Notes under the pieces: model-generated | The model's input: the letters and a program-made list of their open reading frames with translations, nothing else | Told to the model about the DNA's origin: nothing | Databases searched by the model: none | Shown here: one piece after another, positions 47,501 through 64,000 of the stretch | Position numbering within the stretch: position 1 is the stretch's first letter | How the letters are laid out: each line of letters starts with the position of its first letter | From: Paragordius varius | Taxonomy: Eukaryota; Animalia; Nematomorpha | Direction of reading: 5' to 3' | Length of the DNA stretch: 64,000 nucleotides | Assembly: GCA_964247055.1 (NCBI GenBank) | Contig: OZ176051.1 | Span: 9,858,001 to 9,922,000 of the forward strand | Program-made: the position numbers and the translations under genes

Positions 47501-50500
47501 TGCTGTACGCCGATGACTTGATCATAACTGCAAAAACAGCACACGCATTGAAAAGTTCATATCTCAAATGGCATTCATGTTTCCAAAAACATAGCCTCAA
47601 AATAAATATAGAAGTTATGATAGGGGATGAAAATATAACTATAAAATATCCCTGCTCTATTTGCCAAGAGGTTAAAACGAATGCCATTTTATCTACATCT
47701 TGTGAGGGTCCACAAAAAACGCTCTAACCTGAAAGAAAAATTAATTGACAATAATTTTAAGTGCCAGAGCTGTATATTGGGGAAACCAAACATCCCTAAA
47801 TTAAGGGAGTTTAGTATAGAAAAATTTCTGGTTCAAAATCGTGAACAATTTCACCTATCTAGGTAATATTAGTAATTATAAGGAAGCTCAAACAACCATA
47901 TCACATAGCAAACTCGGCTGGGCAAAATTAAACCGACTCAAATATGTATTAACACCTAAAGACATAACTGTAAATATAAAAACAAAATGTATAAAGTGGG
48001 TGTCCGCCCTACCCTTACCTATGACTGAGAAATTTGGGTAATCACAAAAACATAAGAATCGAGATTAAAAAGAACGGAAGACAAAATGCTAAAATATATG
48101 ATGATAAATACTACCATAAATGAACTAGAACCAATAACGGCTTTCATCAAAAATCGATTCATTACTTCGGCCACGTGGACAGATATAGTTTTTACATCTG
48201 CTAAAAAGATTCTTGATTTGATCCCTACCCCCAACCGAAAAGGGTGGCCTAAAACAACTTGGAAAATCATAGAACAAAATTTAAAATCCCTAAACATACC
48301 TCGAAACGCAACAAAGGATAGAAATATATATCGTAAATTAATCCATGAATTCCAGTATCTGGGCCGAACCAATAATACCTATATATATATCCTTTGATGG
48401 GGCTTAATTATAAATACAAAAACTTCGTGTATTAAACGACAAACCAAAACTCTGCTCGTTATTTATTATTTGCACGAACGCTATCATAGGTTTTATTTTA
48501 AATTGAGATTTATAATCAATATAATGAAGGTCAAACCACAGAAAGAGAACAAAACTTGAAAAGGGTGGTGTATAATTGGAAGTTAAATCAATTATAAAAA
48601 AATGGAATAAAAACCAAATAAACCCAAGTTCCAAGACACAAAATTTTTTAATAAAGTTATAAAAACGGATGCGGTTGCTTGCGTTTATTGCTTTGAAGAA
48701 AAAAATAAAAAGAGAGCGATTTGGTTCAAAATCAAAAATCTATCTGTATGTTGACTAAATTTGGGTACATAAAGCTTACCTTATTTCTAAAAAACAACCT
48801 AGTTATATTAATAATATATCGGATACAAAGGTTGTTTATTTATAAGTAAAAAATATATTATAAATACAAATCGTAAAATCTAAAAAAACTAACTATTTAT
48901 TCTATAAAGAATGATAATTTTTAAACAATAATTATTTTAAGTTACAAATTAAGAAATAATAATTATTGGTTACCAATTAAAATCCTTATATTAAATATGT
49001 CAGTGTTAGGGTTAATATTAGTTACCGTATTAAAGGAAGATAAAGCACCATCAAGCAGCGAAGAATCCGAATTTTTCATCAAATTATTTTTGTAGCTATA
49101 TAAAAAAATTAATAAAATAGTTTTTAAAACAATTAACTTATAAGTTATATATGATTTATATTGATAAAATATAGTAATTTTGTATAAATTTTGGCATAAA
49201 AAGTTTCTCGACTAACGAGATAAAATCTATAAAATAATCACATAACAAATAAATAGGAAAACTTGGGGTTAAACATATCAAATATTTTTAAAAACTATCA
49301 ATTTTTCATTTGTTAATTAAATAAGCAATAAAGACCCACGGATACCTCCCCCTGGGAATGGCTAAATTACAATTTTTATATTAACAGAAGAGGCCAACGT
49401 AGAAATTAAACATTCATAAGTATGACCGGTTATAAACGCAACACCCTTAATTTAACTATATTTTTATTTAAAAATAAATTTAAATAAGCAATACTTTGTG
49501 CCCTGATAGTCGGATTCATTGGAGTATGTTGTTGAAGATTGATTAAATGAGCCATTAAATGATGAGGAACCATATCCCACAAATTTATCATTTCTAATTA
49601 TAATATAGCATGAGATATATTTTTTTGTGGTGGAAATTAATATTTAAACATATTGGTTATTGTAAATTTATGCACAATCAAAAATTTATCCACTACTATC
49701 TGCAAGTTAATTACATTGTGTGTAAAAAACCAATTGAAAACGGGAAAAATTTCCTGACTTTTAATCAGCTATGTTTTAGTCTGTGTAATAACCATAATGA
49801 CATTGATAAAGGTATTGAGGGTGAAATTTTATATAAAATAGTTTTCACCTTTTAACAAGTGCGGATAATTAAATTATAAAAAATTAAAATGATAAGTTTC
49901 GATCAGATATATTGTTAAATTTAAAAACGAGATACTAGCCAAAAAAATTAGAGACGAAAACCATTAAAGACAAAAAAGAAAATGTTAGAGAAAACAAAAA
50001 GTTAAAAAACAAGTATTATATTTAAAAAACAAATAATTTTAAAGAATTATAAATTTTTGTATACAAATTGTTTGATGCAAAATGATCGGTAGAATTGTGG
50101 GAAAATATTTTAGATTTGGTATTTTTTAGGCGATTTTTTGACTCTTCAATATTCCATTCTTCCCCTTTAGCCAGAGTCGCAATCTACAATAATAAATTAC
50201 TTAACCTTATCCCTATATATTGCGGCTGATTGTGTGTTATATTTTTCATGTAAAGACATGGAATTCTTAAAATCAGGTTGATTTTCCAAAAATTGACGAA
50301 AGCGTTCGTTTCCACCTGCTTTCATTTTTTCTAATTCAATATCTTTCCATTTATCCATAGTTACTGATCTTACAAAACTGAACATTAAATTAATAATAAA
50401 CCTTAAGTGAACGCCTAACCCACGATGCTTTCCTGAGCATTCTAAGCAAATCCATATACCGTATGTAACGCTTACCCATTGAGGGTTTCTGGTTTCACAC

Positions 50501-50593
50501 TCAAAACATTTCTACAATTAATAAGTATTTTACATTATTTTCATATTTTAGCCTTAAATCCTTTAAGACCCGTTGAGTTCTTGGACTTGCCAT
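40132..50593 (-). CDS. ARFGAP1: ADP-ribosylation factor GTPase-activating protein 1
   Basis: MASPRT...[44 protein letters not shown] across 22, 24 and 22 nt introns. Later exons: KFVGYG (about 49590-49494), about 49095-49025, GWSAF (44787-44593), 41647-41469, 40866-40619, and a terminal exon ending SSWDEW-stop that needs a 1-nt correction at the T run 40169-40174. Confidence 0.92.
40991..41236. mobile_element. MITE family A, copy 4 (termini truncated)
   Basis: CAAATTCACCCTTGACAATTCAAATTCACCC...GAGGGTGAATTTGAATTGTT with the same internal sequence, but no CCATTTAC ends. Confidence 0.75.
41817..44457 (+). mobile_element. Degenerate RTE-clade LINE with an inverted 5' segment
   Basis: The forward part (about 42265-44457) has RT motifs ([25 protein letters not shown]) and an (ATCC)n tail. 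41817-42260 is minus-strand endonuclease C-terminus (GERLLDFC...NTHFKK) plus linker. The whole unit is flanked by TTTTAAATGT at 41807-41816 and 44458-44467. Confidence 0.85.
44953..46826 (-). mobile_element. 5'-truncated young RTE-clade LINE
   Basis: 11-bp TSD ATTTTAAATAT at 44942-44952 and 46827-46837, enclosing an uninterrupted RT ORF. Confidence 0.9.
44975..46807 (-). CDS. Non-LTR reverse transcriptase (610 aa) with an embedded PHD-type finger and no endonuclease domain
   Basis: [33 protein letters not shown]-x2-C...C-x2-C...H-x2-C...C-x2-[14 protein letters not shown] and GRP motifs. Confidence 0.9.
   Translation of the reverse strand: MKNLKIFRTINSVNNNKKDIKQISYIKDKDQQLVTEWSDISNVWTTYYKEQFAQKHDFETINQPPAIGPRPLITTDDVRDALAKMKNNKATGPSELSCDMIKALPQCIIHLTNIFNLILSTNRIPNDWSKSTIIPIYKNKRDILVCSSYRPLKLLEHPLKIFESIIESKLISIVSIQESQYAYKPNSSTIDAIFILRRLQENYLAKNKKLYHVFIDLQRAFDCIPRKLITSTLRANNVDDWIIKSIEMMYYKTTNCVRLTLGNTAFVPNESGLHQGSILSPLLFILIMDYLTKDIKQGPPWELIYADDIVLTATSMEALNQKYNTWKSHLEKGGMNINISKTKVMITGETVYERPKFPCGVCDLDVKLNSILCTSCNKWVHKKCSLIKGKLINNDKFICESCKNKTINHSSTSLNYVYMADIKIELVNNFKYLGDVIHCLGGINQSVKYRSQQTWVKYHQLKFVLKNKHISAKNKGLIYKAGIRPILLYGCETWPMTDSIEKKLMNLEKRILNLFQPNKSNSNLHQLYQIEPLNVMLRKNRLRYFGHIKRAPEQWTNKILSLHPEGNNRRGRPTFNWEKTINNDLSVANIDDNAWQDRKYYRQLLYGYNG
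46936..48388 (+). mobile_element. Degenerate RTE-clade LINE, also with an inverted upstream segment
   Basis: Minus segment about 47345-46965 ([19 protein letters not shown]). Forward segment from about 47485 ([13 protein letters not shown] remnant, TYLG, RKGWPK). Candidate TSD ATCCTT(C/T)GAT at 46926-46935 and 48389-48398. Confidence 0.75.
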
Positions 50594-51019
50594 AAAATGC
50601 AAGTTGACACGCTGATTAAAATCAAGGTGTATCAATACACCCACAAAAACATCTATATCAATGTTTTTTACATAAAGTATTATTTAAATTTTTAGAAACT
50701 ATTTTTAATTTTATGGCCGATTGATTGAAATAATATATATATAAAGTATATAATATTTGTGTAAAATTATAATTAATTGATACTTGTTTTTTTGGGGTAA
50801 TTAAGAAAGCGATTTTGATTTTAGGGATAGTATCGATTTACAATTTGATTATATTAAGGTAAAAAGATGAATTAAATTCTTTCTTACTCTCTTAAAAGCA
50901 TTATGAAATTTTTTAAAAATAAGTAAAATTGTAAAAAATCCTCCTCTCAAACTTTTTTGCGGCCATTTTTTATATTTTTTCATCGCTAATGTAACAGGCA
51001 AGGAAATGTAAAGAATTGA

Positions 51020-51677
51020 CACTTGGATACCCATTAATTTTCCTTCGATTCAAAATGGGCTCATACCCCAGGCTTGTTTGAAAAAAATATTTCAAAAAAT
51101 ATGGAGGGAGTTGAAACCATGGCAAAAGTTGGCACTTCGATTAAATTGGGTAATACCCCAGACAAAATTTAAAATGGTTTTAAAAACTACTGTTAGAAAT
51201 TCCAATTTGAATTTATGCTTTTATTCTAATATAAATTATATAACCAAAATTAATAAAATTTAGTTTAAATAACAAGTTCCGTTATCAAACTTTAACGCCA
51301 TTTTTACAAAATATCTTGTTTATTTTTTTAGGGTTATATTTGGGTTTACCTTTTTGTTAAAATCATATTTAACAATATTATAAACAAAAACAGTCGTATA
51401 TTTTGAATTATTATTATTATTATTATTATATTGAGCTCATGCACACATGTCATGTTAGCTAAATTTTTACCTTTTTTTACCTCTGAATAAATAATATCAA
51501 GTATTTTTAAATAATTTTTTATATTTCGGTTCTCTAATGCTATATAAGCGCAAACTTTTGCCATGGTTTTAATTCATTATATAATTTTATAATATTTAAT
51601 TTATTAAACAGACCTGAGGTAACCGATTACCCCAATTTGAATAGAAGGATTGAAAATGTGTTGTATTTGAGTGTTAA
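51020..51677. mobile_element. Two degenerate partial copies of the TTAA-flanked MITE
   Basis: CACTTGGATAC start at 51020 and GTATTTGAGTG|TTAA end at 51673-51677. Shares the CCATGGCAAAA and TACCCCAATTTGAAT blocks with 52663-53980. Confidence 0.6.
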
Positions 51678-52397
51678 TTTCAATGTGATTTTAATAAGTA
51701 CACTTAATTTTAGGCTTAACAATAAACATGATATTTTGCAAAAATGTTATAAAAAAGTGGTTAAATAGTTTGCGGAGCTTTTTTTCCTAAAACTAGATTT
51801 ATAGATATTTTGGTTTATTGTATAATTTTATTTAGGATAGAATTGGAACCGCTTCTTACAGTATTTTTATAAATACCAACCTAAATATTGTTTGAGGTTT
51901 TTAAATACCTAATTATATCGAAGTGTTAACTTTCAAAAGATTTCTTTGATATTGATCAGATGTTCGCTTCAATCATGTGAGCTGTCTCAATTTAGACTTG
52001 GAAATCACAAAACTGTTAAAAATATAAACTTTATTTATATATATGACAAGAATGTTTTTAAATTTAACTAATATTCTGTTAAAACTTTAGTTTATTTACA
52101 AAATTTTGGATTAAATAACCCTAAAAAATAATTAAGACAAAACAGTGAAAATGTTATAACGAATTAAATGTATTCTTTTTAAAAAAGAACGCCGCCATAT
52201 TTACTTTAATTTTTTTTAATTCACGGACAACTAAATGTATATTATGAAATTAAAGCAATTAGGCATCATTTTACTAGCAAATTGATATTTATTGATTTTA
52301 GCTTTTTGCTCATTTGTGTTTTGGAGCTGTCTTAAGACTCTGATATTACAAAACTGTAATAGTAAAGTTGAGAGAATTACGCATTGTATTTATGAAA

Positions 52398-52486
52398 TTT
52401 ATTAAAAAAATTAAGCTGAAATGCGTACAAATATAAAAAATTATTTTTTATATTTGTACGCATTTCAGCTTAATTTTTTTAATAAA
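52398..52486. repeat. Near-perfect 89-bp palindrome
   Basis: TTTATTAAAAAAATTAAGCTGAAATGCGTACAAATATAAAAAAT-T-ATTTTTTATATTTGTACGCATTTCAGCTTAATTTTTTTAATAAA. Confidence 0.95.
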
Positions 52487-52662
52487 ACTGTAATAGGTTA
52501 TTCTGTCTAAGAAGTGAAAATCCTATATGTCATCGCGAATAAAAAATTAAAAATCATTAATTGGTACAAGGTTAAATAAACATGGTGATATAATATGATA
52601 TTTTAATAAAATATATTAAATATAATTAATATGATTTTGTGATGACCAATACATCTCTTAAA

Positions 52663-53216
52663 CACTTCGATACAAATTGGGGTATCTAAATACCCCAGCC
52701 TAAATTTTAATTAATATTTTTAATAAACTACTGAAGGAAACGGTCCCAATTTTGAATTTATGCTTCTCCCATAAAAAATTATATAAATATGTACAAAATA
52801 TAATTTTGTTTTGAAAAAAATGTTCCATGTATATATCGACGCCATTTATTATATAAATTTTTTGCAAAATATCGTCTTTATTTAATTTTAAGGTTAAAAT
52901 TTAAGCTAATTTTTAAATTAAATTGCATCTAACATTGAGAGAAATAGCAAAAGCGCTTTATTTTGGATTATTTTTTTAATTTTACTAATTTACACATGTC
53001 ACGTTGACGGAAATTTTACCTTTCGGTTTTAGCTTAAAATAGGTAATATCAAGTATTTTTGAATAAATTTTTCATATATTTCGGTTAATTAATGTTATAT
53101 AAGTGCAAAATTTTGCCATGGTTACTTTATAAAGTATTTGATTTTAAACAAGCTTGGGGTATCCAATTACCCCAATTTGAATCGAAGGACTAAAATGAGT
53201 GTGTTGTATCCAAGTG
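52663..53216. mobile_element. piggyBac-like MITE, copy 1
   Basis: TIR CACTT(C/G)GATAC, right flank TTAA, subterminal GGGGTATC..ATACCCC. Confidence 0.75.
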
Positions 53217-53398
53217 TTAAAGCTAATTATATTTAATTTACAAACATTGATAGAAATAGAAAGTGTTTTATTTAGCATTATTTTTAATTTTACCATTGCA
53301 CACATGTAACGTTGATTAAATCTTTACCTTTCGGTTTTAGATTAAAATAAATATCAAGTATTTTTGAATAAACTTTTTTATATATTTCGGTTTATTAA

Positions 53399-53980
53399 CA
53401 CTTGGATACAACACACTCATTTTAGTCCTTCGATTCAAATTGGGGTAGTTGGATACCCCAGGCCTGTTGAAAATCAAATACTTTAAAAAGTATGGAAGCA
53501 ATCGAAACCATGGCAAAATTTGCACTTATATAACATTAATAAACCGAAATATATAAAAAATTATATTCAAAAATACTTGATATTACTTATTTTGAGCTAA
53601 AACTGAAAGGTAAAAATTTAGTCAACGTGACATGTGTCAAATTGTAAAATTAAAAAATAATACAAAATAAACCGCTTTTTCTATTTCTATCAATGTTAGA
53701 TGTAATTTATATAAAAAATAAGCTTTAGTTTTACCCTTAAAATTAAATGAAGACCATATTTTGCAAAATTTTTGTAAAATAAAAATGGCGTCGAAGTAGT
53801 TTGAGATGGAAATTTTTTTTTCAAAACAAAATTTTATCAAGATATTTTGGCATATTTATATAATATTTATCAGAATAGAAGCATAAATTTTAATTGGGAC
53901 CGTTTCCTTCAGTAGTTTTTTAAAAATTCTAACTTAAATTTAGTCTGGGGTATTTAGATACCCCAATTTGAATCAAAGTG
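53399..53980. mobile_element. piggyBac-like MITE, copy 2 (inverted relative to copy 1)
   Basis: TTAA at 53395-53398 and 53981-53984. The sequence is the reverse complement of 52663-53216 with scattered differences. A truncated end copy lies at about 54000-54107, followed by TTAA. Confidence 0.8.
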
Positions 53981-54181
53981 TTAATGTTTTATAAGGGCAA
54001 ATTTTTGACATGGTTTCGATTCCTTCCATAATTTTAAAGAATTTAATTTTAAAAAGGCTACCCCAATATGATTCGAAGGACGAAAATGAATGTGTTGTAT
54101 CCAAGTGTTAAACTCCTATTGCCATTTCATAGTATTTCATTTTTAAAATCCTCTTGTATGCATGAATGAAATTTATGTACA

Positions 54182-54527
54182 ATGGTTTGCGATAAGTGTC
54201 AGAAAAAGTTAGGTAAAGTAATTATTCCTGATCCTTGGAAGTCTGGAGCAAGAAATACAACAGGTTTTTGATTATTAATCTTTTAGAAGGTGGAAGGATA
54301 ATAGGGGAAAATAAACTTTTGACCCAGAAAAAAGCCAAATTTAATCCATATCAAAAAACATTCGAAAGATGTAGGATATGTAAAACAAGCGTTCATCAAC
54401 CACAATCTCGTTATTGTCAAGGTATATTCATATTTAATAATTAGAATGTTGTTACAAAAAAGGCATTTGCGCTATATGTGGTACCAAGATTATGGAATTA
54501 AAAAATTACATGCAGTCCACTGTTTGA
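54182..54527 (+). CDS. CRIPT: Cysteine-rich PDZ-binding protein
   Basis: MVCDKCQKKLGKVIIPDPWKSGARNTT-EGGR..GENKLL...CRICK..VHQ...YCQ-ECCYKKGICAICG...QSTV-stop, with 23-nt introns 54264-54286 and 54422-54444. Confidence 0.97.
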
Positions 54528-54562
54528 AATTGTAATATATAAAAATAAATGATAATATTTAT

Positions 54563-61712
<7,150 letters not shown>

Positions 61713-62725
61713 GTGCGCACCTAACGAGAAATGTACACTCTGATAAAATTAAACGGGCAGGCAAAACTAAAAGTGACACAATCGTATAAAATTACAATGA
61801 GAGATTCTCTAAAAATGTATCCATGATACTTTTATCTAAACCCCTAGTAGCAAATATTTATGGTGCTACATATCAGAAAATTGTAAAATATGCATGCATT
61901 TCGTTGAGTGATTACCTTCATTCCAATAAATATCTACAATAAAAATTTATTACCGAAAAATATAATATATTTAAAAATTAAATTAGCGAGATTAAAGCAA
62001 GTTTTACTGTACTCAAAGCATGGTTAAAGCGGTTTTAAGACCTTTAGATGTTATATACTTTATCTATAAATGGGATATTTTCTCTCAAATATGTTTTAAA
62101 CTTCAAGTTTTAAATAATTTATTTAAAGCACAATTTCCATGAAAATTAAATTTGTCGATAAACTACCACAAAATCTTAGGAGCAATGTTTAGCATCATCT
62201 TATAGAAAAAGTTGACTTAAATTGTATTTTTAGGGTTTCCATGCTTCAAATTACCATGAAACTCGCTTCACCAAAATTTGTGCCATAAATTAAATTTTTG
62301 ATGTCAAAATAAAAAATATTTTCATTGTGGAATCTTGCCAATTTTATATAATTATAAAAAAACTTGCCTATTTTAGACAGTTTCAAAAATTTGAGATGCA
62401 GCCCGTATGTTAAAATTCTATAAAAATGTTATTAAGTGATATTTTTCGAATGAAAATTAACTTTTCAATTATAAAATATAAATTATGCCATGATAGGGTA
62501 GGGAGCACAGTTACGATTAGCTTAAAAATATTTTTTCAATAGGTTTCGCTTAAATATTATTATAATAAAAAATATGAGAGATCAAATAATTTTTAAAAGA
62601 ATCAGACCAAGGAAAGCGAGAGAATTTGAATGTTATAATTTTTAGACATGGGATAAAGTTATTATGATGAGTTTCAGGTACTAGGCTTTTATTTAAAAAG
62701 AACCTAATTTTTTATGAGGATTGTA

Positions 62726-62815
62726 AAAGCTTTGACATTCGCCTGCCCAGTAGAAATGTGATGTTGAAAATTGCGCAGTTTCGGGATACGAACTCTGAAC
62801 CACACACACCGTTTA
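62726..62815 (-). mobile_element. Second, partial copy of the putative tRNA-derived SINE
   Basis: Reverse complement reads CAGAGTTCGTATCCCGAAACTGCGCAATTTT...TGGGCAGGCGAATGTCAAAGCTTT, homologous to 25175-25250. Confidence 0.55.
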
Positions 62816-62849
62816 AATGTCCGTTATATAGATTATATCACTGTGTGCA

Positions 62850-63984
62850 ATAGCTTATGACCAGCGTATTCATTTGCCGTAAAAATTTTTATTTGTTGAC
62901 AACCTAGTTTTTGAAATATTGAGAGAAAATCGGAATCGGGCAAAGTATGAAAAAAGATAATTAAGGATCATTTAAAAAATAATGATAAAATTTGAGATAT
63001 TATGGTTTGTTATCATTTTAAAATATATATTCAATATATATAAAGAAAAACCTATAGTTAGGTTACTAAAATCTCAGCTCAAAAGATAGCGTTTTTCTTT
63101 TAACTTACATGAAAACCAAAAAATTTTAATGAAACTATAATAATAAAATACTAATTTTTAATTAATTACTTCCTAAGCTCCCTATTAAAATCTTAACATT
63201 CATATGTTATTCATAAAAAAAACTTATATATCAAAATAAAACCAAAAATACTTTTTTTTATTTTTGGATTTTTTTTGGTTTATGAGTGTATAAAAAATTT
63301 AAATTGTTTTATATTGGAATCTTTTATGAGTGGTAATTATTAAATATATAATTTATGCAAAATAGAATTTAAAAGTAGTGGAATATCATCCAATAAACCT
63401 AACAAATCTCTGTAACAAGTCTGTTATAAGACAAATTAATTATTGGGATTTGTGCGCATTGTTGGTTGATTTTCCATTTAATCCTATTTTGGGTTATATC
63501 ATTTATAATTCGCCTTCAAGTAAGATTCCAAAATAAAACAGTATAAATATTTTATACCCTCATAAACCAGATGACAAATAAATTTAAAAATAAAAAACAA
63601 TATTTTTTGGTTTTATTTTGATATCTATTTTTTTAGTGGAATATGAATGTTAAGATTTTAATAGTGAGTTTAGCTAGTAAAGAATTAAAAAAATATTTAA
63701 ATATAGTAAAAAAATGTCTTTTGAGTGTGTTAAAAAATGCCATCTTTTGAGCTGATATTTTATAGAAACCCTAACTATAATTTTAGGCTATTTATACATT
63801 GGAAATATATCCTAAAATTATAATAAACCATATAATCTCAAATTTTATCATTCTTTTCTGAATTATCCTTAATTATCCTATTTTCACTTTTTGCCCGATT
63901 TAGATTTTCTCTCAATATTTTAAAAACTAGGTTTTCAACAAATAATAATTTTTGGGGCAAATGAATTCGCTGGTTTTAGGCTAT
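62850..63984. mobile_element. Long foldback element with inverted arms of about 450 bp
   Basis: Collinear inverted matches such as CCAGCGTATTCATTTGCC / GGCAAATGAATTCGCTGG, AAATATTGAGAGAAAATC / GATTTTCTCTCAATATTT and TCAGCTCAAAAGAT / ATCTTTTGAGCTGA, with a spacer of about 200 bp. Confidence 0.8.
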
Positions 63985-64000
63985 CTCATGAAAAAAAGTA

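Noticed and set aside
48404-48760. Hydrophobic minus-strand ORF as an ARFGAP1 exon or separate gene
   Set aside because: The flanking ARFGAP1 exons join in phase without it, and it has no recognisable motif.

Overview
This is eukaryotic (animal-type) genomic DNA, very AT-rich by eye, with no prokaryotic features. Seven spliced protein-coding genes can be reconstructed by hand: an SLC1-family amino-acid transporter (-), an uncharacterised multi-pass membrane protein resembling gustatory-receptor-like/7TM ion channels (-), UQCR11-like (-) head-to-head with ARMC1 (+), ARFGAP1 (-), CRIPT (+) and NVL (-). Intron sizes are strongly bimodal: many are only 21-24 nt, while a few are multi-kb and filled with transposons. 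The transposons comprise hAT elements and MITEs with exact 8-bp target-site duplications (TSDs), TA- and TTAA-flanked MITEs, a foldback, RTE-clade LINEs carrying a PHD-type finger, and a tRNA-derived SINE. Tiny introns, divergent housekeeping proteins and AT richness suggest a reduced parasitic metazoan such as a myxozoan; this is inference only. The most notable observations are: (1) the SLC1 transporter's cation-coupling motif is rewritten (NMDGT to NKNGT, TM8 Asp to Asn); (2) a candidate 7TM chemoreceptor channel; (3) two LINE insertions with the same inverted-5'-segment-plus-overlap architecture, one bounded by a 10-bp TSD; (4) two mitochondrial genes whose start codons are 37 nt apart; (5) a degenerate Walker B in NVL D1. 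All family assignments come from recalled motifs, not database searches, and some exon boundaries are approximate.
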